Assembly: GCA_964016885.1 (NCBI GenBank)
Contig: OZ024743.1
Location: 143,530,001-143,594,000, forward strand
Reading direction: 5' to 3'
Length of the DNA: 64,000 bases
Source: Eledone cirrhosa
Taxonomy: Eukaryota
Both the position numbers and the translations under genes were made by a program. The notes below the pieces were generated by a model that searched no databases, was not told where the DNA came from, and saw only the letters and a program-made list of their open reading frames with translations. Below are positions 14,131-34,852 of this stretch, in pieces. Position 1 is the stretch's first letter; every line of letters begins with the position of its first letter.

Positions 14131-17100
14131 ATCATCATCAACGTTTAACGTCCGTGTTCCACGCTTGCATGGGTTTGGACGGGGGTAGTCCCACTTGAGG
14201 CAAGAGTGATTGTCTTGCTCGCATAGGACTTTTTTTAGCGTTTTCTACAGTTGGATGCCCTTCCTAACACTAACCACATTTACAGTGTGGGTCTGGGAGG
14301 TTTTTACCGTGTTGCCTACACGGCCACATTACAGCGTGGACTGTGTGTTTTTTTGTCGTGACACCTACACGATCTCATTTGTTTCGGCCTCGATGGCGCG
14401 GCACCAACATAACTTTACATAGAACGGGGTGGTGTGGATCGGGTGGGGGTGGTGGTGGTGGGACGGGGTGTATTTTGTTAGAGATGCCTACTGGCTGGAG
14501 TAGGTTTTACTATATATTTAGGTAAGGCGGGTCTTCTCTGTTACTGAGTACCACCAAAGGTCTCGGTCCAGTGACATTGTCTTGGAGAGGTGTAAGTGTG
14601 TGATGTCGGAGTTTATCAGCTCGTCCCAGGTTTTTCTAGGTCTGCCTATTCCGTGACTACCGTCTATCTTTATTGCCCTGCACTTTGTTATACAGCTATC
14701 GACTTTCATGCGCATCACGTGTCCATACCAACGTAGCCTTCTCTCGAGTAAACAACATGTGATCCCTCTTATCTCTAATTTTTTCGTTAGTTCGTTTATG
14801 CTTTGCCGTTCACGTATATTACTGTTACACATCCAGCGGAGCATGCAAGCTTCGTTTCTCTCTAGTCTGCGTATATCCTCTGCACACAATGCCCAGGTCT
14901 CACTGCCATGCAGCATTGCTGTTCGTATGCAGGCATCGTACAACCTGCCTTTCATTTTTAGTGAGAACCCTTTAGCAGCTAATAGTGGTATAAGCTCTCT
15001 GAACTTTTCCAACCAGTTCTGACTCTAGCTACAGTACTTTCAGAGCACCCTCCCCCACTGCTGATTTTATCGCCCAGGTAACGGAAGCTGTCCACTATTT
15101 CTATAGAACCCTCTGCGCAATTGAAAGAGCTAGTAGTTTGTGGGCACTTGCTGCTACTTATTGCACCAGAGCACCGGCCACATGTAAAATCTATGTTCTT
15201 AGTTAGCTTACCTGTGATCCCACTACATCTTTTATGCACCCATACTTTGCATTTAGGACATAAAATGGAGTTTCTACCTACGCCTTTCCTACACACCGAG
15301 CACGACCATTTCCCAGAAGGGACCGCCGCCTTGTTTTCTTTCCTACAAACTAGTACTTTGGTCTTAGCCAGGTTAATTTTAAGTCCTTTTGACTCTAGGC
15401 CGTGCTTCCATGTTTGGAATTTCTTCTCTAGCTCGGCCATTGATTCCGCTATGAGTGTCAGGTCGTCTGCGTATAGGAGTTCCCATGGGCAGCCTGTCTT
15501 GAACTCCTCTGTTATAGCCTGAAGGGCAATAATAAATAGTAGTGGACTGAGAACAGAGCCCTGATGGACGCCAACTTTTACGCTAAACTCTTCACTATAT
15601 TCGTTGTTAATTCTAACCTTGCTGACTGTTTCTTTATACATGGCTTGTATAGCCCTCACAAGCCATTCGTCAACGCCTAGTTTTCTAAGAGCCCACCAGA
15701 TAATGGAGCGGGGGACTCTGTCGAAGGCTTTCTCCAAGTCGACAAAAGCTAAGTAGAGGGGTTTACCTTTAGCTAGGTACTTCTCCTGTAGTTGTCGTAC
15801 TATGAAAAGAGCGTCTGTGGTACTTTTGCCTGACACAAACCCGAACTGCATTTCATCTAGGTCAATTCTCTCTCTGATTAGTTGCGCTATTACTTTTTCC
15901 GTGACCTTCATGACCTGGTCGATTAATTTAATGCCTCTATAGTTACTCCTATCTAGGGCGTCTCCTTTACCCTTATAACAGTTAACGATGATGCTGCTAT
16001 GCCAGTCCTTCGGAACAACCCCATTCTGTACGACTTGGTTAACTATGCGGGTGACCATGGTGTGTCCCACCGTGCCAGATGCCTTCAGCATCTCAGCAAC
16101 TATTTCCGAAGGCCCAGCCGCCTTACCAGTCTTCATATCCTTGATTGCCTTACTTATTATACTCCCCTCGACTAACACTGCTGGTCCCTCTATTGGGTCG
16201 ATATGGGGGAGACTGCCTTTCTCCCAATTATTCTCCTCATTTAGTAGCCTTTCATAGTGACACTTCCAAGCTACCTTCTTATCAGCGTCGGTGATGGCAA
16301 GTGTGCCATCGTCGTTTAGTACACACTTCTCCCCGACAATATCACGGTTTTCCTTGACGCATTGCCTAGCAATCCTGAACACCTCACGTTTTTGGTCATC
16401 GCGTTGTAGAACATGCTTGAACTTTCTTTCCTCAGCTTCCCTTCTTGCTAAGTACACTTGTCTCCTAGCTTCCCTCCTGGCCACTTGATAGTCCTCTCTA
16501 CTTCCCCCATCCCGCCATACTTTCCAAGCCTGCTTTTTGGCCTTAATTGACCCCTCCACCTTACTGTTCCACCACCATGTTACTCTCCTCCTGCCTACAG
16601 GCCTGCTCCAGCCACAGACCTCGTCTGTCGCCAACAGCAGGTTTGCTTTCAGAAATTCCCACTCTCCCTCTATATTGTCCGACTCTAAATGTTCTTCCTT
16701 ACTGTCGAAAGCATCAAGTAATATGCTTTGAAATTTATTCCTGGCTGTGGGGTCCTTTAGCTTCCATATTTTCCTCCTGAGGATAGTCCTCTTCTGCTGT
16801 CGAGTACGTCTCGTCCTGACTATGAGGTCGCTAATTATCAGTCTATGTTGGGAGGTGCATTCTTCATGGGGGAGGGATTTAGTGTTAACAACAGACACTC
16901 TGTCACGTCTTCTGGTAAGGATATAATCTACCTGGCTTGTGTGTTCCCCGGATCTATAGGTGATCAGGTGATTGTCACGTTTTTTGAAGTTAGTGTTACA
17001 GATAGTTAGGTTATTTGCATCACAGAATTCCAGGATTCTGGCGCCTTCCTCATTTCTAGTACCAAACCCATAGCCTCCATGGATTTCGTCGTAGCCGTCA

Positions 17101-18566
17101 CAATGTTGTCCAACGTGACCATTTAGGTCGCCTGCGATAATTATATAGTCACTGTCGGATATTTGGGAGGTAGTTAGCATCAGTGTCTCATAGAATCTGT
17201 CTTTTATAGTGCCGGGCAGTCCGGATTGGGGTGCGTACGCAGATATTACTGTCACCGTAGTTCTATTGAGGACAAGTCGTATTTTAATTATTCTGTCGTT
17301 CACTCTATTTACGTCTATTATCTTATCTGTCCACTTTTCTGCTACCATGATTCCTACTCCACCCAGCCCATCGTCGTTTCCCACCCAGAAAAGCTTATAA
17401 CATCGTTTTTTACCCTCAATGAACCTAGCAGACCCACCCCTCCACCTGGTCTCTTGAATACAACAAACATCGACCTCCTTACGTTCAAGCATTTCTACAA
17501 CCTCGTTAGCGCGACCCTTTAGGGTGCCTACATTTATGGTACCAACTCTGAAGTTTTGGATTGCGTTTGGGGGTTGGGGGCGGTGAGGGGCGGGGGCGAT
17601 GGGGTTATGTTAGCCGTCCGCGGTCGAAACAATGAGGAGTGCTCGCATTCTCGTCCAAGAGGTGAATTTGTCTATCTTTGGCATTGTCGCTGAGCGTCCA
17701 GATTTTTCTCTCTCACCTCCACTCTCCAGGATTCCGCAGTCCATCCATCCATCATATATCGTATATCGAAAGGCAACCAGGCAAGCGATAGTATAGGCCT
17801 CTGGTTTCTGATTGGTCCGCGTAATAATACTGGTGATGCGTGGGGGCTCTGTTTTATGATTGGTCCACGTAATAGCAATGGTGGTGCGTGGGGGTGGGAG
17901 GGAGGGGTGTTGGGTAGCTAGCAAGAAGGTAATGATTGAGTGGGGTCCATGCATTTAACAAGCGATTAACAAAAATACAAAATTTGTTCTGTTAAATACG
18001 TCCAAAAACCTACGTATTTAGCAATTAATAGAAACAGAAAATGTAGTTTGTTTTAGCGATAGATTGGCTATTTGGACTTGATACGAAATATGGATTGTTT
18101 TGAAAATACGCTAGAATTAAGATTTGTGGAGGGAGAGGAGAGAGAGAGAGAGAGATGAAGTCTGTACATTACGTTTACATGAATATCGTGTGGACAGCAA
18201 GCAATGAAATGAAATTTGGCGAAGTGAATTCCTATCATATATTTATAGGGAGAGAGAGAGAGTGAGAGAGAGCGAGGGGAGGGGGCCACATGATGGCTGT
18301 GAGTGTTAGGCGTTTGACCGCCCCGTGCCTTCGAAGAAGGAAGAAGGAAAGGATTTTGTTTTTTTTTGTTTTGAAGATACGCTAGAATTAGGGATTGGGG
18401 TTTGAAAATACGTTAGGAATTAAGGTTTGAAAATAGCTAGCAAGAAGGTAATGATTGAGTGGGGTCCATGCATTTAACAAGCGATTAACAAAAATACAAA
18501 ATTTGTTCTGTTAAATACGTCCAAAAACCTACGTATTTAGCAATTAATAGAAACAGAAAATGTAGT
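14131..18566 (-). mobile_element. RTE family A, probably full-length with long 5' UTR; one frameshift near 15007
   Basis: ORFs 14979-17492 and 14518-15012 are near-identical to 3989-7114; the 5' boundary is inferred from the start of the microsatellite. Confidence 0.88.
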
Positions 18567-18716
18567 ATATATATATATACATATATACATATATATATAC
18601 ATATATACATATACATATATACATATATATATACATATATATATACATATATATATACATATATACATATATATATACATATATACATATATACATATAT
18701 ATACATATATATATAT

Positions 18717-18761
<45 letters not shown>

Positions 18762-18800
18762 CATATATACATATATACATATATATATATATATACATAC

Positions 18801-18853
<53 letters not shown>

Positions 18854-19222
18854 CATACATATATATATATATATACATACATATATATATATACATACAT
18901 ATATATATATACATACATATATATATATATATACATACATATATATATATACATACATATATATATATACATACATATATGTATATATATACATATATAT
19001 ATATACATACATACATATATGTATATATATACATACATATATACATACATATATACATACATATATGTATATATATCCATATATATATATACATACATAT
19101 ATACATACATATATGTATATATATACATATATATATATACATACATATATACATACATATATGTATATATATACATATATGTATGTATATATGTATGTAT
19201 ATATATATATGTATATATATAC

Positions 19223-19253
<31 letters not shown>

Positions 19254-19258
19254 CATAC

Positions 19259-19291
<33 letters not shown>

Positions 19292-19536
19292 CATACATAT
19301 ATGTATACATATATACATACATATATATATATATATATATACATACATATATGTATACATATATACATACATATATATATATATATATACATACATATAT
19401 GTATACATATATACATACATATATATATATATATATATACATATATACATACATATATGTATACATATATACATACATATATGTATATATATACATACAT
19501 ATATGTATATATATACATACATATATGTATATATAC

Positions 19537-19711
19537 AGTGGAATAATAGAGACCCCAGTCCCTATCATCTCATTTCTACAGCTGAGTAAACTGGAGCAAT
19601 GTGAAATAAAGTGTCTTGCTCAAGGAAACAACACATCACCCGGTCTGAGAATTGAACTCACAACCTTTCGATTGCAAGGCCAATGCTCTAACCACTAAGC
19701 CATGTGCCTCC
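19537..19711 (-). mobile_element. tRNA-derived SINE (5' part)
   Basis: Minus strand TGGCTTAGTGG (A box), GAGTTCAATTC (B box), then CTTGAGCAAGACACTT core; related copy at 50811-51120. Confidence 0.78.
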
Positions 19712-19734
19712 ACATGTATATATATACATATATG

Positions 19735-21647
19735 TATGACAGCGAACGGAGACATTGTTATGCTAGCAGGACACTTCAATGGTCATGTTGGACAGCTCCA
19801 GGATGGTTACACTGGAGTACATGGTGGGCACGGTTACGGCTCAAGAAGTGAAGAAGGAGTGAGACTTCTTGAATTTTGTGATGCGGGTACATTGACTCTT
19901 TGCAACACAAACTTCCAGAAACCTGCCAATCACCTAATAACCTACAAATCTGGCGAGCACATAAGCCAGATTGACATCTTACTAGTTAGGCAGCGGGACA
20001 GGCAGATAGCGTCTAATACCAAGGCATACCCTGGGGAAGAATGTACCCTACAGCATAGGTTAGTCGATATCTCAGTAAGCAAGAGATTGAATGAGACATA
20101 CAGGAAGGTATGGAGAAGGTAAAATACAAATTTAGGAAAAGCCCGTCAAAATGTATATGACGAAAAAGAAGACGATTTAGAGACGTATGACATAGATAAT
20201 AACTGGAATTTCTTACGTGACAACTTGCTGCAGGCTACTGATGAAACTTGTGGCTGGAGCAGAGCTCCAACCAGACAGAGAGTGAACTGGTGGTGGAACA
20301 GCACAGTAGATAAGGCCATTAGAGAGAAAAGACTAGCATGGAAGGCTTGGAAAAAGAGTGGGAGTCGGGAAGAATATACAGCCGCTAAGACAGAAGCTAG
20401 ACGTCAGGTGTACTTAGCACGCAAGGAGGCGGAGAGTAGGAGGTTTGCCAATGTTCTGCGACGGAAAGATCAGAGGCATGCGGTGTTCCACATTGCAAGG
20501 CAGTGTGTCAATGCAAATCAGGATGTTGTTGGAGATAAATGTGTCCGGGATGATGCCGGTGTACTTAGTGTCACGAATGATCAGAAAAAGGAGGCCTGGA
20601 AATGTCATTATGAGAGACTGATGAATGTGGAGAACGATTGGGGGAGAGAGAAATTACCCTTAGTGGATCTGACAGAGGGACCAGCTATTGAGATTGACGA
20701 ATATAGGGTCCAAGAGGCGATTAAGGAAATGAAAAATGGTAAGGCTGCTGGACCATCGGGAATACAAGTAGGAGTTCATCAAGGTTCAGTCCTCAGCCTG
20801 CTCTTGTTCATTATAGTCCTCCAAGCCATAACATAGGAGTTTAAGACTGGCTGTCCATGGGAACTTCTCTATGCTGACGATCTGGTTCTTATAGCAGAAT
20901 CAGTAGAGGAGCTAGAGAATAAATTCTGGCTATGGAAACAGCAGTTGGAAGCAAGAGGACTGAGAGTGAACCTAGCTAAGACAAAAGTGTCGATGAGTAG
21001 AACGAGGACAAAACTCTGATTCTGTCAGGGAAATGGCCATGTTCGATATGCAGAAAAGGAACGGGCATAAATTCTATAAAATGCACACAATGCAGATCCT
21101 GGGTACACAAGAGATGTAGCGGGATAGCAGGCAAACTAACAGGTAGGGAGAAATATGTATGCAGTAGATGTACAGGGAAATTAGAGAGTGGAAGTCGCAT
21201 TGATAGACACGTTTTTCAAAAGCAGGAGGGCGCTATAGAAGTGTTGGATAGCTTCCGGTACCTAGGAGATCAGATTAGCATGGGAGGAGGGTGTTCCGAG
21301 GCCATAGTATCTAGAATAAGGACGGGTTGGAAGAAGTTCAGGGAGCTGCTTCTTCTGCTGACAAAGGGTTTCTCCCTGCGTACGAAAGGCCAGTTGTATG
21401 ATGCCCGTGTGAGGAGCGCGATGCTACATGGTAGTGAGACATGGGTAGCAACTGCAGAGGATATGCGACGGCTGGAGAGAAATGACGCAAGCATGCTCCG
21501 TTGGATGTGCAGTGTAAATGTGCGTGAACGACCCAGCATGAATGTGTTGAGAGGGATAGAATGCAGTGTACAGGAGAGGCGACTGAGGTGGTATGGACAT
21601 GTGATGGGCATGGAGGATGACCGATGGGTGAAGAAGTGCCAGGAAAT
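19735..21647 (+). pseudogene. RTE family C, degenerate, with internal deletion near 20760
   Basis: APE/RT fragments; jumps from GPSGI to QVGVHQG; PHD-like CSIC..CTQC..WVHKRC..CSRC retained. Confidence 0.85.
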
Positions 21648-21869
21648 GTATATATATATACATATATATATGTATGTATGTATATATATATACATACATA
21701 TATATATGTATATATATATACATACATACATATATATATGTATATATACATACATACATATATATATGTATATATATATACATACATACATATATATATA
21801 TATGTATATATACATACATACATATATATATGTATATATACATACATACATACATATATATATGTATAT

Positions 21870-21902
<33 letters not shown>

Positions 21903-21941
21903 TGTATATATACATACATACATACATATATATATGTATAT

Positions 21942-21974
<33 letters not shown>

Positions 21975-22277
21975 TGTATATACATACATACATACATATA
22001 TATATATATGTATATATACATACATACATACATATATATATGTATATATATACATACATACATACATATATATATGTATATATATATACATACATACATA
22101 TATATATGTATATATATATACATACATACATATATATATGTATATATATATACATACATACATATATATATGTATATATATATACATACATACATATATA
22201 TATGTATATATATATACATACATACATATATATATGTATATATATACATACATACATACATATATGTATATATATAC

Positions 22278-22336
<59 letters not shown>

Positions 22337-22340
22337 CATA

Positions 22341-24689
22341 CGAAGCAGTCAAGGCCAAGAGACAGGCATGGAAAGAATGGAAGAACGGGGGGAGCAGGGT
22401 ACATTACATAGAGACCAAGAGGGAAGCTAGGCGACAAGTATACTTAGCTAGGAGGGAAGCAGAGGATAGAAAATTCGAGCATGTTTTACAACGTGAGGAC
22501 CAGAAACAGGAGGTATTCAAGATTGCGAGGCAGTGTGTCAGAGATAGTTGTGATGTCATTGGAGAGAAGTGTATCCGGAATGATAAAGGTGAGCTTGCCC
22601 TCACAAGTGCTGAGAAGAAAGATGCATGGAAGAGTCATTATGATAGATTACTAAATGAGGAGAATGCATGGGAAGAAGAGACCCTACCCCACGTAGACCC
22701 TATAGAGGGACCAGCAGTACAAGTCAGCGGCAGCGTAGTAAGTAAGGCAATCAGAGATATGAAGATAGGGAAGGCAACCGGTCCATCGGGTATAGCTGCC
22801 GAGATGCTGAAGGCATCTGGGTCTGTAGGTCACACTATAACCACACGTATCGTTAACCAGGTAATACTAGAGGGGGCCATACCAAAAGATTGGTGCAGTA
22901 GCATCATTGTCAACTGCTACAAAGGTAAAGGCGATGCACTAGATAGAGGAAACTATAGAGGTATAAAGTTGATGGACCAGGTCATGAAAGTAACAGAAAG
23001 AGTTATAGCACAGCTGATTAGGGACCGGGTGAATATAGACGAGATGCAATTTGGGTTTGTTCCAGGGAAAGGCACCACTGATGCGCTCTTCCTTGTGAGG
23101 CAATTACAGGAAAAGTACCTAGCTAAAAGTAAGCCACTCTACTTGGCATTTGTCGACCTTGAGAAAGCCTTTGACAGAGTTCCACGTGCAGTAATCTGGT
23201 GGGCTCTTAGAAAACTAGGAGTAGATGAATGGCTTGTGAAAGCGGTACAAGCCATGTATAGGGGAGCAGTCAGCAAAGTTAGGATTGGCAATGAGTATAG
23301 CGAGGAATTTAGCGTACAGGTTGGGGTCCACCAGGGCTCTGTTCTTAGCCCTCTCCTGTTCATCATAGTCCTGCAGGCAATAACGGAGGAGTTTAAGACC
23401 GGATGCCCATGGGAACTCCTGTATGCTGATGACCTCGCACTCATAGCTGAATCTATGGTAGAACTAGAGAATAAATTCCAAACCTGGAAGCAGGGACTAG
23501 AGAGAAAGGGCCTCAAAGTCAACATGACAAAGACTAAGGTCCTTATAAGTAGACGAGAAAACAGAACCCAGATCCCCTCAGGGAAATGGCCTTGCTCAGT
23601 ATGTAGGAAAGGTGTAGGTAGGAACTCCATTCTTTGCCCCAAATGCAAACAATGGGTACACAAGAGATGTAGCGGGATCTCAGGAAGCTTAATTAAGAAT
23701 GTAGGATTCACATGCAGCAGCTGTGCTGAAACAGCAAGCAAACAGCCACAGGAAACAAGTACCACCAATCTCTGGGAGGGCCCTGTAGAAACAGTAGACA
23801 GCTTCTGCTACCTAGGTGACCGAATTAGCAACGGAGGTGGGTGCTCAGAAAGTACAATAACTAGGGTAAGAACGGGATGGAAGAAGTTTAGGGAACTACT
23901 ACCACTGCTAGCTGCAAAAGGCTTCTCCCTCAGAATGAAAGGCAGACTGTATGATGCGTGTATCCGAACAGCGATGTTGCATGGTAGTGAGACCTGGGCG
24001 CTGAAGGTGGAAGACTTACGTAGATTAGAGAGAAACGAAGCCTGCATGCTCCGATGGATGTGTAACAGTAATATACGTGAACGACAAAGCATAAATGAAT
24101 TGAGAGAGAGACTGAGCATAAGAGGAATCAAATGCTGCGTGCAGGAGAGGCGGTTACGCTGGTATGGACATGTGATGCGTATGAAGGATGACAGCTGCAT
24201 AAAAAGGTGCAGAGCACTAGAAGTTGATGGAAACCGCGGAGTGGGGAGACACAAGATGACTTGGGATGAGGTGATAAAAGCCGACCTTACCCAACTACAC
24301 CTCTCAAAGTCAATGACACACGACCGTGACTTCTGGCGTCACGCAGTAATACAGGGTACCCGACCTCCCATGGGTACATGCTGAAGCATATAAACAATAT
24401 GCCCCCCCCCCCCCCACCGCAAGGTGGCCGTGGAGGTGCCACGGCAAAAAAGCACCCAGCCCACACTGTAAAGTGGACGTGTAGGCGCCACGAAAAAGCA
24501 CCCAGCACTCACTGTAAATGAGGTTGGTGTTAGGAAGGGCATCCAGCTGTAGAAATCAAGCCAGATCAGTTCCTGTATGAGCAAGGCATGGTCAGCCGAC
24601 CAGACACTGCCCACAACAGGACAACCCGTCTAACCCATGCTAGCGTGGAAGAACGGACGTAAAACGGTGATGATGATGATGATGATGAT
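22341..24689 (+). mobile_element. RTE family B, 5'-truncated, RT open to 24384
   Basis: RT motifs, PHD insert, 3' UTR and (GAT)n tail. Confidence 0.92.
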
Positions 24690-30756
<6,067 letters not shown>

Positions 30757-30956
30757 NNNNNNNNNNNNNNNNNNNNNNNNNNNNNNNNNNNNNNNNNNNN
30801 NNNNNNNNNNNNNNNNNNNNNNNNNNNNNNNNNNNNNNNNNNNNNNNNNNNNNNNNNNNNNNNNNNNNNNNNNNNNNNNNNNNNNNNNNNNNNNNNNNNN
30901 NNNNNNNNNNNNNNNNNNNNNNNNNNNNNNNNNNNNNNNNNNNNNNNNNNNNNNNN
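30757..30956. other. Assembly gap (200 N)
   Basis: Run of N. Confidence 1.
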
Positions 30957-31261
30957 TATTGAAGATAGGTACGAAAAGTAAGAGTGTTGTCATATAGAGA
31001 GTGAAGAGAGACAGAGGGTAAAGCAGTTAAATTATAGAGAGGGTGAAAGAGGGAGAGAGAGAGAGAGATGACGCTCAGCTTTATAATACTAGAGAGTGAA
31101 GAGTGACAGAGAGAGTAAAGCAGTTAAATTATAGAGAGGGGGAATGATCTATTATAGAGAGATAGAAGAACGAGGGAGAGAGCAAAGCTAAGAAACTATA
31201 GGGAGGTGTGTAGGATACATACATAATACATACAAACGACACTCAGCTTTATAATATAGAT
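30957..31261 (-). mobile_element. Helitron/HINE-type non-autonomous element 5' end
   Basis: Minus strand begins A|TCTATATTATAAAGCTGAG followed by GTAT/GA-rich repeats. Confidence 0.45.
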
Positions 31262-31278
31262 ATATGTATATATATATA

Positions 31279-31510
31279 TAACACATATATACCCTAGAAA
31301 CGATCGTTAAATAGTGAACTTTTTTTTCTTTAATATAAGGAATTGTTTGTTCATTATTTGTTTAATATTTTATCTTGACTCTGTATACCGTTTATCTTTC
31401 ACCGAAAGTGGATTTTCATTACATCTCTTCTTTCCATGATATCCGGAATACATTGAGTTCTTCATACGGATTGGACACTACCGTAAACTCTTGGTAGATT
31501 TATCTACATA
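31279..31510 (+). mobile_element. 3' half of the long-stem-II HHR family (see 44583-45167)
   Basis: TAACACATATATACCCTAGAAACGATCGTTAAATA...; reverse complement of 44583-44810. Confidence 0.8.
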
Positions 31511-31621
31511 CGTATATATATATATATGTGTGTGTGTGTATATGTATATATAAACATATATATAAATATATATATATACGTATATATATATATTTATATA
31601 TATATACTTATATATATATAC

Positions 31622-31717
<96 letters not shown>

Positions 31718-31792
31718 GTGTATACGTATATATATGTATATATGTATATACGTATATATATAAATATATATATATACGTATATATATATATG

Positions 31793-32152
31793 CATAAGGA
31801 AAGTATATACTTTCAGACGTTCAACGATCTGGCAGGAAGGTATACGATGCTGCGATAGCTAATAAGCTTGAAACTAGTACATCGTTCCTTTGTCGGTGTT
31901 GAACAAAAGGGCAACGATGGTTGCTAAACAATGTACGGCTTAATTCGGCATGTTTGTTTACAAACACACCGAGCATTATAATAAATGCTCGGTAAATCCA
32001 TACGTACATATATATATATGTGTGCATGTATGTATATATATTTATACTACTGTGCGTCTGTATACATGTATGTATGTACGTATAAATACTTATATTTAAG
32101 TAACAGCCGTACTAAGAGTGAGAAATGAAATTTCGTTTCATTTTTTCCGTTT
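31793..32152 (+). mobile_element. Diverged copy of the 472-bp HHR monomer
   Basis: Homologous to 10255-10650; HHR at 31845-31884 has core CTGCGA (one core nucleotide lost). Confidence 0.8.
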
Positions 32153-32164
32153 ATATATATATAT

Positions 32165-34658
32165 ATATTGTTATACTTTTGGAGGGTCATGTTGCCAATA
32201 AGAAACACACGCACCAGTTGCTTTTACTTCAATTTATTATAATAAATTTATAAATTTAGGAATTTATAAATTTCCGGTTGGTTGGTTGGTTCCACAACGA
32301 GATGGTTGTTTATATATTGTCAAAGTTCTTTCGTCACACATTCTGTGACCTCTTCAGTGACTGGGGTTCTTTTCTTTGTTTTTTGTGCCTCTCCTTTGTT
32401 CTGTCCTACGCCATCTTGTTTTTGAGTGTCTGTTGTGTGCTTAGTTTGCGCATGTGTTACATCCGGGTGTCTGTGTGTGTTTATATTCGTTTATTTATTT
32501 GTTTATTTACATGTTACTGGTTGGTAGGTTGTTCTATGTGCCTGTGTGTTTTCATTTTGTCCTTAATTGTAAGTTGTGATGTTGCTGTTCCACTCATGTT
32601 TTCTATTTAATTTTGGTTGTAATTCATTTATGTTTATTGCCTCTGTGATTTGTCTAAACATTGCATCTTTTCTGTGTGTAGATTCTATTTTTATTTCTAT
32701 GTTCTCTAATTTACCCTTATGTTCTATTTTAGCATGTTGCTAGAGTACAGATGATTCTTTACTATCTTGAATGTCTCGCCAGTGTTCATTTATCCGTTCC
32801 CCTATACTACGAGCTGTCTCACCTATGTACACTATATTTTTATCTCTAGATTGTCCTTCAGTACATCTTATGCTATATACTACATTTCTAGTTTTACAGT
32901 TAATATGGGGGCTTAATTTACAGATCATACATTTCTTATCTATACAGGGAGGTCTTTGAAAAGGGTATGTCTTGCTAATAAGTGTTTTTACGGAGGTACC
33001 TGGTCTTTCTACTATCTTAATATTGAGTTAATGTTTATCTAGGGCCCTTCTAAATTTGTAAGCTAATTCACCTCTAGGGGTTGTATCGATGAACATTACA
33101 CTCTGGTATTTATTGCTATCATACCATGAGTTTATTCTATTAGCCTTATTCCTAGTTCTTTCTATTCTATTCCAAAATTTGTTCCTATACAAGAGGCAGG
33201 TCCCATTCGTGTCATTATTTACCATTTTTTCCCATTTGGTTTTGGCTCCTCTATACACTCTGATTTTATCTCTCTGATTGTAACCAGAGAACAGCATACA
33301 GTGGATGAAGTGTTGTATGTGTCTCTCTAGTTCTTCGGGGTTGCACATGCGGGACACGTTTCTCATCACCCGTACCAAATCCGCAATCAGTATGTTGATT
33401 TTGGTATGGTCCGAAACAGCTGAGTTTCGGTGGATCAGATGTTTGGAAGTCATGGGTTTGGCATAATGGGAATGGAGGATTATTTTTTTGTTATTAATGG
33501 TATCTAACCAGAGCTCTGTATCTAGTACAGGTAATCGATGGTTGGGGTGTTTGCTTGGGTAGTCTATAGTAACTCTAATACTCTGGTGGATGGAGTTAGC
33601 TATTTGCTGGATGCTTTCCATTGTGTTTTTCTCTAATTCCTGACTGTTCTCTAGTGGGGGTGTTTTAACTACGATGTTTATATCATCAACTTAGCGGGAG
33701 TACATTATCAGGGTTAAGGGGTCTTCTAATTGTTCTTTAAGTTTAAGTTTAAGTCTACTGTCCCACCATACCATGAATAAGTTAGCTATGTCGCCTGCAA
33801 TGTTAACACCAATGGCTGCTCCCTCCTCTTGGGCATATGTTTTTCTATTAAATTTGGATTTTACTGTGGAGAAATGCGTAGAAATGATCAGTGAAAGCAA
33901 TGTTGAATTCCGTGGGATTGATACCAGTGAGCTGGGACTCTTACTTAAACCTACCTATAGTAATAATTATCTAGACACATATGACCTTAGCAACCTGTGC
34001 CTTACAAGACCAGCAAGAGGCAGACCACCTACCATTATCTCAATGGCCAAGAAAACCCACACAGATAGATGGAACGGGTGGACCAGAGCCACACGGACCC
34101 CCGAAAACCACGAAGAACTAAAGAAAACGATTGCACATGCGGTGGGGGACAGCATAAAATTAACCCTTAAGGAACATATGTTCAAATTTAATGGAAAAAT
34201 ATATGCCCAAGAGGAGGGAGCAGCCATTGGTGTTAGCATTGCAGGCGACATAGCTAACTTATTCATGGTATGGTGGGACAGTAGACTTAAACTTAAACTT
34301 AAACTTAAAGAACAATTAGAAGACCCCTTAACCTGATAATGTACTCCCGCTACGTTGATGATATAAACATCGTAGTTAAAACACCCCCACTAGAAAACAG
34401 TCAGGTATTAGAGAAACACACAATGGAAAGCATCCAGCAAATAGCTAACTCCATCCACCAGAGTATTAGAGTTACTATAGACTACCCAAGCAAACACCCC
34501 AACCATCGATTACCTGTACTAGACACAGAGCTCTGGTTAGATACCATTAATAACAAAAAACAAATCCTCCATTCCCATTATGCCAAACCCATGACTTCCA
34601 AATATCTGATCCACCGAAACTCAGCTGTTTCGGACCATACCAAAATCAACATACTGAT
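32165..34658 (-). mobile_element. Penelope-like element P1 (RT + C-terminal GIY-YIG) with inverted segment 33862-34658 (+)
   Basis: GAAIG..ANLFMVWWD, YSRYVDD, RLPVLD, YAKPM; CKTRNVVYSIRC..YIGETARS. Confidence 0.87.
32319..32361 (-). ncRNA. Hammerhead ribozyme in the P1 3' UTR
   Basis: gtca CTGAAGA g gtcac agaatgt gtgac GAAA gaac TT tgac. Confidence 0.72.
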
Positions 34659-34659
34659 T

Positions 34660-34817
34660 TTTTTTGTGTCTTCTCTGCGCATGCGTTTGCGTGTGTGTAT
34701 AGTGTTTTGTTTGAAGTGTGTTCTTGTTTGGGTGACTGTGTATTGGTTAATTTATTCTATCTTAGTTTACTAGTGTGTGTTTATATGTGTTTCTTGTTAT
34801 TGTGCTTGTGCATGTAT

Positions 34818-34852
<35 letters not shown>

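Noticed and set aside
19620-19711. tRNA gene
   Set aside because: A/B boxes continue into a SINE body repeated elsewhere; no clean cloverleaf.
21241-24384. 1047-aa ORF
   Set aside because: Chance read-through joining the RTE-C end, a microsatellite and a truncated RTE-B.
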